Below, one piece after another: positions 38,560 to 51,608 of a stretch of 64,000 nt of DNA. This DNA comes from Epiperipatus broadwayi. Taxonomy: Eukaryota > Animalia > Onychophora. Below the pieces are notes generated by a model. It was not told the origin of the DNA. It was given only the letters and a program-made list of their open reading frames with translations, and searched no databases. The first letter of the stretch is position 1. The number at the start of each line of letters is the position of its first letter. The stretch is taken from the NCBI GenBank assembly GCA_028023455.1, contig JAQFVV010000003.1, positions 16,244,001-16,308,000 of the forward strand, in the 5' to 3' direction. The position numbers and the translations under genes are program-made.

Positions 38560-39150
38560 TTTTAAGTTGATAATCTCAAGTCTAATGAATGTCTAATAAA
38601 AATTATTAATATTTCTAGACATTTTTAAAAAGTTCCTTTGAATCGTATATATACCATTCATTATTTTTTTCTCATCCCATTTTTTCTTATCTTACCATTC
38701 TATCTCTTATTCCAATACTCTCTTATTTGATTTCTGTTCTCCTTGATGTTTAATGTATAATATAGCCACAATCTAGATGTATTAATTTATAAATGTTTAC
38801 ATAGAAATGTTTCTAGAATGAGAAAGATCATTGCTATCTAATATTATTAAAAATAACAAAAAGAGATCAACAGATATTTAAATGCAAAAATAAAATGAAA
38901 TATATATAAATTATGGGGGAGGGACTGAAAAAAACGGATAATTAGGCTTGGAAAATTAATGTGAATTTTATCATCGAAAGTTGAAAATATTAGCTGATAA
39001 CACAAACAATTCAAATGAAAAAAGAGAAAGGTTACTGAAACAGAATTTAATTTCTAAAATTTATGATATAGGAGATTAAATTAATTTTTTCAATGTATTG
39101 TGTGAACATATGTTATAACAAAAAAATAATCATAATGAATTGATTAAATA

Positions 39151-42045
39151 TCATTGTCAACCACTATCAATCCTCTGCAAGATGAATGTCTCTCCAAGTT
39201 CAATTCCCCTTCTCTGGTCTCTAGCTTCTCTTTTTTACTGCACTCACGTGTGGTCTCTTTCTGGGTATTTTATAATCTCTTGGAATCCAGTTTAAGATTT
39301 CAATTGCCCATCTATTATCATCTCTTCTAGCAATATGTCCTGCCCAACTCCACTTGTCTCTTAATTCTTTCAATGATATCAGTAGCACCTGTTTGTTCTT
39401 TTATTCATGTATTTTGTTTTCAATATCTTCTTGTTACTCCTAACATGCATCTCTCCATACTTCTTTGAGTGATCTGAAGTGTCTGTATTGCTCTTTTGTT
39501 GCCCAAGTCTTAGATCCATAAGAAAGAACTGGTAAAACACATTCATTAAAAACCTTTTTTTTTAAATGCACGGGCATGTTTTCTTTTAATATTAAGTTAT
39601 TTCTACCAAAAGCACTCCAAGCATGTTTAATTCTATGATTAATTTTATTCATTATGTTTCGATCTGTATTAATAATGTGACCAATGTATTTCTATTGTTA
39701 ACTTCTTCTAACTCATCATTATTAATCTTTAATTTCATCTTTTGAGAAAATCCATTGAAGATTACTTTAGTCTTTTTAACATTTACCTTTAATCCTATTT
39801 TCATCTAACAACTCTTGCAACATTATTTGTAAAAACAACTATATCATTTGTAAAATCTAAATGATAAATAATCTCCATTCACTTTTATTCCTTCCATTTT
39901 AATCCACAAAATATTTGTTGCAACACTACTGTAAAAGTTTTGGAGATATGGAGTCACCCTGTCATACATCCTTATCAATATTAATCTTCCTAGTATTATT
40001 ATGTAATCTAATTATTACTCTTGTATTTTTATAAATATTCTTCAGAATATGACAATATCATGAGTCTATATCTTGATGATCCAATGATATAACTTTGCCA
40101 AAAAAAAAATGTCTATTTTATTCACCTGCTTTTTTTAATCACTGAAGAAATGCTTATAGAATCAAATGTCTTTTCATAATATACAAATGGCAACTCATAT
40201 TCATTATTCCTTTATATAACTTCTGTCAATATTTGGATATGATCGACTGTCCTAAAACCATTTCTAAATCCATCTTTTGTTTTCTTTTGGTTGGTTGAAA
40301 TCTAAAGTTTTCTGTAGACAAGTTGTAATTATCTTGGTAAAAATTTTGTATAAAATTGATAAAAGATTAATAGGTCTGTAATTTCTAATATCTTTCTTAT
40401 CACTTTTTTAAAATATTAATATTAATAATGCATTTTTCTAATCTTGTGGTACATCTTCATCATTTAGACATTTGATATATAACTTTGCCAAAAAAATGTC
40501 TATTTTATTCACCTGCTTTTTTTAAGATATCGATTATAATTCCATCATTATTTGGAGTTTTTTGTGTATAAATTTAATTGTATGTCTCATTTCTTCATTT
40601 AAAATATTGGGAAGTTCAAAAGATATAATAGTTGTAGGAGGTACTTGTTCTTTGTTACTATATAATTCTTAATATAATTATTTTACACATAATAGTTCCA
40701 TTTTTTTTCTTATTGCAGAAATAAGTTTCCTACCAATACCAAAATGTTATATCATTATCAACTCTTTTTTGCACCATTTTACAAAATTCAATATATTCAA
40801 TCCTTCTTAATGCATACTTTTTACATATTTTCATATTACTTTATTTTTTCATAAATTCTTTAGTCTCAGTAGAAATTTTATTGGTCAATTGCTGCTTTTT
40901 TCTACCAGCTATCTTTGTTGCAGTTTTTAAAAGTATATCAGTTATTTCCCTATAGATTTCGTTCAAATCAGAATCATGTTCAAAATACAGCTAATATATG
41001 AAAATGATTTGCAAGTTCTAATTTAAATTCATTAGAATATTTTTGAAGATTAAACTGTGAATATTGTTTTTCTTAATACATTTTGTCTCTTTAGTTTTGA
41101 ATTAACATGTATTTTACATTTCACTAATCAGTCATCATTTCCTGTGTTCAATTTATTAAGAACATTACAATCTTGAAATATGTGTTTTCTGATAGTCAAC
41201 ATATAATCCATTTCTGCAGTACCTTCATTTGGATGCTTCCACATCCATTCCCATTTAACCTTTTTTTTTTTTTTTTCAAAAAAAGAATTCATAATATACA
41301 GTTTTTCTTTTTCTGCAAACTCCACAAGTCTATGACCTCTCTCATTTCTATCACTATAATCAAATTTACCTATTGCACTTTCATCTTACAATTGTTTTTC
41401 ATTTCTTTCTTTGTTTGGTTTGATCAAAAAAATTTTGTACACCCATATAAAAATCCTCTATTATTTCATCACTACGAGAACTTGTTCAGGCATAAATCTG
41501 AATTATCTGTGTTTGGTCTTTTCTATTAAAATGAATAACTAATATTGCCACTATCCGATATACCATCAATTTCCACAATTCGTTCTACCACTTTTTATTT
41601 ATAATTAATTCTACTTATCTTGTCTTTCCAATATTTGTGCATTTGTAATAGAGTACATGTCCACTTTTTAAATCATCTTTATTAACTTTACAAAGTCTTA
41701 TAATGTCCCATTTAATATGAGACAATTCTTGCAATCTTCCTTTACTTGAAAGTGATCTGCAGTTGTAAGTATCTAAATAAAAAGTCATTATCCAATGGCA
41801 GCCTGGGTCTGCAATCATGGGATTTTTAGCACTTTCCATTTTTAGCCACCACTGCTGCATTCACTGGTGATTTACAGCCTCCTAGAAATAAGGACCATGA
41901 TTTATTTTTGTCTTTCAATCTGCCTTCAAAAAAATCTCTAACTGATATTTTAATTAAGAGCTATTAGGCAACTGAGAAGAAAGACTATAGTGTTTGTTGA
42001 TTTTAAACTTGGAGGTAAAAAGCTAATAAACTCACCACACTGATC
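39151..42045 (-). mobile_element. Near full-length RTE-clade LINE, ORF disrupted (copy 2)
   Basis: APE start TYNCRSLSSKGRLQEL (41615-41860); RT remnants; colinear with copy 1 through the 5' UTR. Confidence 0.95.
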
Positions 42046-43510
42046 TATTGCATGTTGCTGAGCAGCCCATCCATGTTTTTATACTATATGAATAATCACA
42101 TAGTAATAACAGCTGCAATAACAAGAACATATGGAGTGTTTATTAGGAATTTGTCAGGCTTGATGTCTTTAAGGCCTCCAAGAGGAATCAAAAAGTCTCC
42201 TTTCATTTAACCACAAACTCCTTTCTGCAGCCTGATTGATAGTAAAGTCAACTATACTTGTTAAAAAAAACCCAGTCTTTTAACAAATGTACATATCCCA
42301 GCATATAATCATTGTTTTTTATATGGGTTGGTATAATAGTATGATTGTGGATTATATAAAGATTTCTGGATCGATTTCCTGCTTACTATTATATATATAT
42401 AAAACAATCATTACACTAGAACATTTTAGTGTCCATTGTTACTTGAACTCTAAATTGATCTATTTGACTATTATTATTATTTTATACAATTTATTCCAAC
42501 TATGGAGTAATATTATTTATAGAAATAAAATAGCATGTCATTAAATAGAAATCTAGAGCTTTTTTTTTAACACACTAGAGATGTTCTAAAATTGTGTTCA
42601 GGCTGAAATTAATTCATTTTAGAGCATGAAAGAGGGATGAGTGAAAGATAATAAAGAGAGCTATAAATCTCTCAATATAAATGTAAATTAAAACTTTTAC
42701 AAAAAAAATATTTTTATGTTTAATTAGTAATTAATTTTATTACCCATTAAATTGTTCTCTTTATTACATTTTTTTTCTACTTAATATATTACCATAATTA
42801 TTCTTTGGAAGTTTATAGTTATTAAATTTTTGCAGTTTCTATATTGTAATCTTGTTAATAAATAAGATTCACATAATTTGTTGAGTGATATTTGAGTGCA
42901 TACATTTATCATAATTTTTTTAAATAGTTCGCTTTATGGTTTAATTACCTAAAACATGTTTAATCTGATGAATAACTGATACGATGTAAATTGATGTTGC
43001 ACAAAAACTTTCTCCAAATTAATAAATTTCTATATATTTGAAGTTAAAATAATATGCAATATGTAACTAATGAGTTATTTTAATATTTTTTTTACTAATA
43101 CATTGGGTGGCCCTTGCAATAATACGACACACACACATATCTTTCTCATTGTTATAAAGGTTGCATCATTTTAAAAATATCTTTTTATTTTTAATCTCTG
43201 GCTAATAAATACTAGATGCCCAATTACTGACTGATACTGAATATTTAGTTAGATTGCTATGGATTGTTATTCTAAAGCAAAACTATGATAACTAGATGCA
43301 TCAATATTTATGATAGCATTTTTAAGATCAGTTACTTTCAAAATAAATTAGACTTATTAAAAACTTTCCCTGAGTTACAATAATTTTCATTTAATCCTGA
43401 AAAAAAAAATGTGTTTATAGATTATAAGTTTATGATACTTGTAATATCTTGGAGAATAACTTCTAATATACTAAAAATTATAGGAAAAACTGATTATCCT
43501 AAAACACACA

Positions 43511-43582
43511 CAATTGGTGGCCTTGTGGTTAGCATAGTTGCCTTCCAAGCAGCTGGCCCAGGTTCGCTTTCCGGTCAACACT
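43511..43582 (+). pseudogene. tRNA-Gly(TCC)-derived sequence (pseudogene or SINE head)
   Basis: 72-nt ungapped similarity (about 80% by eye) to the animal tRNA-Gly(TCC) sequence as I recall it; anticodon TCC at 43544-43546; acceptor stem and D-arm disrupted; T-loop GTTCGCT. Confidence 0.8.
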
Positions 43583-44913
43583 TTGATACATGAAAAAAAA
43601 AAATTGCAAACTTTTTTTCATTGCATTTTAAAAGTTGTGCAAAAAAATAAAACAACTTAGCAACTTTGAAACTTTGTATAGGCAATTAATTATTCATAGA
43701 CTTTATTAAGATTTTTGTTAAGATGTAAAATATTATATACAAGTAGTGTATATAAAACCCAAATATATATATATTATAACTAAACTAGAGATAATATATA
43801 AATTAACTATCTAAACAAAATTTAAGTAAACCAGGAAATCAAATTATTGATAATAAAAACTTAATATCTTTAACATTATGCTAAAATGAATAGCCAATCA
43901 ACCTTTTCAGGACAATTGTTTTGTGGCATGAAAATTGCTTTTTAGCTGGCCCTAATACTTCAGTTTAATGTACACTGTCAAGGCTGATCAGATTTTAAAA
44001 TGTAAAATACTCTTATTGTGGTCTTTCGATATTCAACCTTTAAATATTATAGCAAAATAGCTGAAGATTAGTATTAATGTCACAAAGCAATTATCCTGGA
44101 AGAACTGATTGGCTGATTAATTTAGTAGGATTCAAATTGTATATTAACAGTTGCTTGATTGGCTTGTTTTTTTAAAAAAAACTAATGCATTTTACTATTG
44201 CAAATACTTCATTAAAGTTTCTGATATATATTAGTTGTAAATATTGAGATACTAGAATAAAAATGTATTAGATGGCAAGTTCTGAAAATTATCACCAGAA
44301 AGGATTTAGTAATAACTTCTTGATCGTCATACTCTGTGCTAAAAGCTCTATTTGCTTTAGTTGAGGAATGTAACATCAAAAGGAAAACTAATTATATATG
44401 ATCTGACTATACCCTACATATCTACAGTAGCCAAAAATTTCAGTAAAATATTACAGAAGGAATTCAAACTCGGATTCAGAACCCCTCCAAACACCAATAG
44501 GCTCATCAACAATACTAAAGACTAAAGAAATATAGAAGAAACCCCCCATGTAATTTATAGAATTGTGTGCCCGCAGACAGGTTGTGATTCGGTCTATTAT
44601 GGGGAAACTCGGGCCACAGTGAGCAATAGACTGGCTCAGCATAGATATATATATATACAAAAGCTACAACTAAAGGAGAGGGCAGCTTGGTATTTGCTGA
44701 CCATCAGCAGGAGCACAACCACATATTTGAGCCATCTAAAGCCAATATTGTATGCACAGAAAGAAACAATGTCAAGAGGAAGATCAAAGAGGCATGTTAC
44801 ATCACAAGCGATACCAGATCAATAAATAGAAAGGACACGTGCTTTGCAGTTTCGAAAAGGTGGATGTTGTAGGTAATTTGCATGCATTTGCATAGAGTCA
44901 ACAGCCTAAAAAA

Positions 44914-44958
44914 GGACTATGATTATGGAGCTGCAAGGGCTCCGAAAGCACTAAGTCC
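44914..44958 (+). ncRNA. Minimal type I hammerhead ribozyme motif, variant core (5' pLTR)
   Basis: GGACT-ATGATTA-T-GGAGC-tgcaagg-GCTCC-GAA-AGCACT-A-AGTCC; stem III palindrome broken by one substitution. Confidence 0.65.
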
Positions 44959-45069
44959 ATAAAATAGAAGCTTACTAATAATAAACTTAAAGTTTCACCT
45001 CAGCTATCAATTTTAGCTTATCAGTAATTTACAGAATAAGGGTGAAATAAAATTTGTTATTACAATAAC

Positions 45070-47360
45070 ATGGATAATTTTGTTAATGAACGTTTTGTAC
45101 TACGAATTGATATGGCGATGCGCAAGTTTTGCCAAAGTCCTCAGTTCCTACAGAATTGTAGGCAATTCAATATAATTCCTAATTGTTGTATAATTAAAAT
45201 CAACAGAGCAATTTATGACAGCAACAGAATAAAGCAAGAACTACAGACAAGATTGCTTAAGACGATTATAAGAAATTGTAGGAATGCCCTTAAGAATGAA
45301 AAGAAATGCCTTTTAAACATAACAGCCAATAACAATGAACCTTTGTGGATTGTTAGCAAATGTGACAAATTTGAAAGGAAACTGGCAGTGAGTTTTGAGA
45401 AGAAATTAAGTTTCCTAGCACATAAACAGAACATTAGCATAACGAATATGAGAAAAAGAGACGCATATGTCAATTTATCTAATGTTCGTCCGCCACCGGA
45501 AGTCGAGTCCACTCTAGCATTAGGACCTAAATTTGTTGGAGGATCTTGGACACAGCCGAAAATGGAGCTCATAGCCTACATCGAGGTGGGGTTAATCAAC
45601 AACCCGTGTAGAGAACATATCATTGTGGCAGTAACTAAATCCATTAGAAACAAACGTTTAAAGAATGCTGGGGACAATTGGGGAAAGTTTATATATAGTA
45701 CAAAAAAATTCCTCAATGATAACAACATTAAGTGCATGAAAGAGGACAAAGGCAGCAGGTTTGTCTTAATGAGTGATGCAGATTACAAAGATAAAATAAA
45801 CGCACAGATACAAAAATTGAAATTTGAGGAAATCACATCTTTCAATAATAAAATCAATAGAGAGAAGTTTATCATCACAATTTTGCACGCACACAAAGAC
45901 AAAGGCCTAAGCAGAGCCGATTATTATAGAATATACCCATCCGCAACCGTACAACCGAGGATTTTTGCTAATGCAAAATTGCATAAACAGGAAGTACCTC
46001 TGAGGCTAATGTTGGACTTTGATGGCGTCCACTATTTTAATGCAGCCAAATTGGTTAATGATTGGTTGATTGAATATATAGGGTTTGGATCATACACAAT
46101 TAAATCATCGTTTGAATTTGTGAACAAAATCAAAAGCGCAACGATTCCACATGAATTCAGGATGGCAGCAGTGGATGTCACAGAGCTATATGGCTCCATC
46201 AACAGACAATTATCAATTACAATAATAGAAAATGAGTTAGGCAAGAAAAACTGTCCTGTTCTCAAAGCATGATTTATTGTGGATTTTATGAAATGGCTGG
46301 ATGGAAATATTTTAGCATCATACGAAAACAAATGGTACAGAATAAACAAGGGATGGCCATGGGGATCTCTCTTAGTGGAATTGTTTCTAGCATTGTGCTA
46401 GATCATTTTGAACAACAGGTGATTCCAAAATACCAGAGAGCAGGGCCAAACATAATTTATAGCAGGTATGTGGACGACATATTCTTGGCAGCACCGGAAA
46501 ATTCTACTACAGAGATTTTACATGAACTCCACGCTCTTTCCAACCTCATATTTAACTGCACACATGAAGATGAGCAAAACATGGTCAGGTATCTAGATTT
46601 GAAAATTAAGTGAGAGAATTTGGCAATTATTTATTCTATGATAATTAAACCCTTATGCGTCCGAGGTTATCTCCATCCACTCTCAAAATCCCCTAAATCA
46701 CACAAACTTGCAGGGCTGTCTGCCTTCTTATTTTGCAATCACCACCTGTGCAAATTAGAGTCAGATAAGAAAAACAACATCACCAGCTACATCAGGGACT
46801 TAATAAGCATGGGTTTTGATCATAGAACAATAACCAAAAGGATTGCAAGCTTTTATAAAAGACTGCAACAAAACACAAAAAATGACAGACAACATCTGAC
46901 TATACCCTACATACCTACAGTAGCCAAAAATTTCAGTAAAATATTACAGAAGGAATTCAAACTCGGATTCAGAACCCCTCCAAACACCAATAGGCTCATC
47001 AACAATACTAAAGACAAAAGAAATATAGAAGAAACCCCCCCATGTAGTTTATAGAATTGTGTGCTCGCAGACAGGTTGTGATTCGGTCTATTATGGGGAA
47101 ACTCGGGCCACAGTGAGCAATAGACTGGCTCAGTATAGATATATACAAAAGCTACAACTAAAGAAGAGGGCAGCTCGATATTCGCTGACCATCAGCAGGA
47201 GCACAACCACATATTTGAGCCACCTAAAGCCGACATTGTATGCACAGAAAGAAACGATGTCAAGAGGAAGATCAAAGAGGCATGTTACATCACCAGCGAT
47301 GCCAGATCAATAAATAGAAAGGACACATGCTTTGCGGTTTCAAAAAGGTGGATGTTGTAA
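45070..47360 (+). pseudogene. PLE polyprotein (reverse transcriptase + C-terminal GIY-YIG endonuclease), about 760 aa when repaired
   Basis: PRIFANAKLHK..PLR, DVTELY, GWPMG (repaired), RYVDDIF, YLDL, VVYRIVC..CDSVYYGET..RL; two TGA stops (46270, 46611) and three frameshifts (about 46359, 47035-47041, about 47143). Confidence 0.95.
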
Positions 47361-47401
47361 GTAATTTGCATGCATTTGCATAGAGTCAACAGCCTAAAAA
47401 A

Positions 47402-47446
47402 GGACTATGATTATGGAGCTGCAAGGGCTCCGAAAGCGCTAAGTCC
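47402..47446 (+). ncRNA. Minimal type I hammerhead ribozyme motif, variant core (3' pLTR)
   Basis: GGACT-ATGATTA-T-GGAGC-tgcaagg-GCTCC-GAA-AGCGCT-A-AGTCC; perfect 5-bp stems I and II, palindromic stem III, CUA cleavage triplet. Confidence 0.75.
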
Positions 47447-50400
47447 ATAAAATAGAAGCTTACTAATAATAAACTTAAAGTTTCACCTCAGCTATCAATT
47501 TTAGCTTATCAGTAAATGAAATTTAAGAAGATACACACAATAACTTTCTTCAGTCATATATTCTCATAAAATCCTATTGTTGTGTATACATATATATATA
47601 TAATTTCTGATCTTGACTAAGAAACCAAATGCTGTTGAAAAATATTTTAATACTTCCACTTTACTAGATTGCTTAGCCAATTCATTTGCCTGTTCAAACT
47701 AGTATAATGAGATGTTGAAATATTTTTCAATAGCATTTAGTTTCACTAATCATGACCCAGAATTACATTTAATAGTTAAAGTAACATTATTATATTATGT
47801 ATGTATATGTTGCTTATATATGTTGCTTATATAGAAGTCTGATGGCATTTTATTTGCAATTATATACTGGACTACTTCCATCTTGTAGAATTATTTTTTA
47901 AATATCTTCACAAAAATTCAAACTTTATTGAAAACTTTCAAATACATTCGACTGTTACTAATAAATTTGACTGTGTGCTACTACTAAAAGTCGAATATAT
48001 TTGAGATATTTAATTTTTTCTAAGATGTTAAATAATTAAGTCTAGATTATGGAAATAGTTTAATATATAATTACATGTGGGTGTGTGTGATTATGCAAGC
48101 AATGGATCTTATAAAACATTTCTACATTGTAATTTCTGTGCTGTAAAACCCATGATATAGAGCTGATAATAAAATCTCACTATTTATATTGAATTCAGAG
48201 CCGGTGTTAGCCACACTAAATAAGGAAACTTAAAACTATAGTAAAAGATTAGCATTTCTGTTTATGCAGTCAAAATCATGAACTGTTTTATGCATGAATT
48301 TGCATATCCTACAAAAATCTGAATTCAATGAAAATTGTGATTTATAAAGAAATCAAGAACTAAAATATATTCTCAAAGATCAGTACCTATTTTATCAGTT
48401 GCAGTAACCATATGTCTTCTCACTCCAGTCACATTTTAAATTTATGTTTATCTTATTCCAAATTACAATATTGATTAAATATTTCCTTTTAAGATGAATT
48501 TAAATCCAAGATGCAATATTTGATAGCTAAAAACTGCGACAAATGAATCATTTACTTAAAAGTGTCAAAATTTCAATATTAGCATATCTTCAAACATCAA
48601 GAATTTGTTTAAAAAGCCAATTTTATAACTTTCTTATGCCAATTTCATTTTCACAATAAGAACTATATGGATTACTAATATATGAAGTTTTTCAAGAATG
48701 GTTGGTGCAGACAATTTATAAAAAATATCAGCTATTTTCCAAAGGAATACTACACAAAATTTGAAATACCAATTGATGTTGGTGGAGCTAGAGCAGTTTT
48801 TTGAATGAAAACAAAATGGAAAACTTTTTTTTTTTCAAATTTGAATCTATTTCTATTATATTTTCTTGATATACTGTGAGAGATGTCCAACCAGTTTTTT
48901 ATATTTCTTTTTTAATTAAATTATTTTTATATAAATCTTGAAATTTCTTTTTTTATTTTTTAGAATGAGAGCTGGTGAGAGGAAATGTTTTTGTAGTATG
49001 GATTTCATAATTAATTTCTTTCCCAACACACATATTATGTAATCTTTTTTTTTTTGTTTGTTTTAAACATTAATACAGTTATTTCTCTCCCTTCTCATAT
49101 TCACAGTTTAACTTCTCCAAGATTTGAAAAAATATCAAATAAAAAAATTTAAATTTGTAAATTTCATATGAGTATCCACTTGGTTTAGTGTTGATCTGAA
49201 TCAATTGTTAGCCATTTTCTTGCTTTGCACATTCGATAAGTCATGTGATTTTTCATTTTCTTTTTCTCTATATTTATTACTACAATTATTTTTTGTAATT
49301 GCTTTATTTTTTTTATTTTTTATGACTTAATATATATGTAGTTTAAATGAAATTATATTGTGGTGTGTATATATATGTTAAGTGTGTACATTATTATTGT
49401 GCAGAGTTCACTATTATTTACAATATCAAGAATCCACTAGATTTGAGCCAAGTAGTAGCAGATTATGCATTGAAATTAATTATTATTTTTCACTGTTAAA
49501 TAGTAAGTTATAAGCCACTTTAAAAATGTATTTTTAGCATAGTCTTTATGTCAGTCTATTTCATACTTATTTGTTTATAAATATACATATATACCATGCA
49601 TGCACATGTAAATTCATGAGTGTTGTGCATATTTTACATTCTCCATGATTCTATGTCGAAGGGATTTATTGTTTATAGACTAGCACATCCCTCTACATGC
49701 TTATAACACGGGACTTAAATTTAGGACAGATGAATCTAGACCATAACCAATATATTTAGTATTCCAAAATTGGTCAATATATGTGTTTTTATAAGGTCTG
49801 TCAAAATAACCAGTGTGATTTTAACATCATTCAACTGTCACAAATTGTGGAGGCATTTAATAGCTATAGTCACTGAATCTATGATTTATTTATAAATCCT
49901 GATAGCATTCTTTAATTGGTTATCCATGGATCATGGAGTTATCCTCACAAGGGGTCTGCAAAAATTTGACAAAAATTTTTTTATGACTTTTACCAATTAA
50001 AATGGAATGAATTAATGAAATAAAATTAAGAAAGAAGAAAATCTTAGTTTCTCTTAGTTAATTCGTTAAATCATAGCTTTTCTGCCATGCTGTCTCTATT
50101 AAAATTTAAAAAAAAAGAATTGGTTCTGAATTGTTTGACAGCAAAATATGTTATTCTGCACTTTAGAGTTTTAAATTTTGAGATAAGTCATGCTGTCCTA
50201 TTTAGATTTATCTCCCCTGGGGATATAGCTTAAATAGCTCATAAGTTTAAGATTGATTTTCATCATATACTAATGTATTCTAAAAAGATGGTATATATTT
50301 GAAGAGGACCACAGTAAAATAATGTAATATAAAAGTAATGCATTATGAAGAAGGATGATAAACACTGTTCCATGTTATTAATATGAATCTTAAGTTGTTT

Positions 50401-51608
50401 TCTAAGTATTAATTGTTCATTGCAGAAAGTGAATTATTGATTGAAATTCTTATACAGATTTTAACAAAACAGTTCAAATAAAAATTATTTGTAGAGAAAG
50501 AAGGATAATTTCTATGCCAAAGCATGTCAAGAGATATGATTTTTATGCCACATTTATGTCCTTTTAAGTTTGAAATATTTTAGGTTTTACATTTTAACTT
50601 AGTCTATAAAGTGATCATAATGGTGTAATTGTTAATGTGATGCCATCTTTTCACTATAGAAATCAGTCAAATTCAGTTGGCTTTAACATTTAAATAAGAA
50701 AATGAATATCCTAAGCCTTATGCAATAAGATCATTCTCATATTTAACATGAGTATCCACTTAATTAAAAATAAACAAGAATTTATTTCATTTTCTCATGT
50801 TTTGTTTAAACAAATGATATAGTAATTATATCACTAGCATATAATATTTTTTATAGATTCTATCTTTCAGCTATTTTTCATATATACATATTCTGTGTAT
50901 ATAAATTTTGCCTTTATGTCAATTAGAGATTTTATTTAATGCAAGGGTATTGAATGTCCTCTCAAAAACTCAATATAGCCCATAGAAATTTTCAGAAATG
51001 TATATAAAATGGCCCTATATAAAGCTTCTATTTAAACATATATATAGTTCAAATATTCAATTAAGAGCTAAGTACAATAAAATATTTATTTTTTCAATTA
51101 CTTTTTTGTCTCTCCAATCTTTATAATAGTTCTAGTTCAGAAGTGTAATATTCCAACAAATTATCTACTTTCTGTGCTTTATCTGATTATGAATTTAATT
51201 TGTAATGCTGAGGATACTTTGTTTTTATCATGATTTTGTATCCTAGCAAAAATAAAATTAGAATTTTACTTCATTTTATCATTATTACTTTGCATTTAAT
51301 CTTTTTTTTATTAGGATGCCTATGATGAGTAAGATAATAAAAATTGATACAGAAAACGAAGCATTTCAAAAGAAATGGATCAATGAATGTTTTTTTTTTT
51401 AAATAGAAAGACATAATAAATTGATATGCCTGATATTTCTGCAATGTATTTCACTTAATAAAAAGCATACTCTTATGAAGAATTATTTACAATACTCTGA
51501 TTACAACAAAATTGTTAGGGAAGAAAGAAATATTAAAATAGAAAACTTGAAATGGGGTTTCTTCAAATAGCTGACACATTCATAAAAAGTATAAATAAGT
51601 CAGAAAAT

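Larger units (their letters stand above)
44401..47515 (+). mobile_element. Near full-length Penelope-like element with tandem direct repeats (pLTR plus duplicated ORF end)
   Basis: Direct repeats 44401-45027 and 46894-47515 (about 625 bp) flank an RT + GIY-YIG ORF. Confidence 0.97.

Noticed and set aside
43511-43582. Functional tRNA-Gly gene
   Set aside because: Acceptor stem and D-arm pairing are disrupted, the T-loop A is replaced, and the tail is shared with a second degenerate copy
46270-46613. Selenocysteine or readthrough at the two in-frame TGA codons of the PLE
   Set aside because: The ORF also has frameshifts, and one TGA aligns with Arg in the related PLE, so CGA to TGA decay is the simpler explanation
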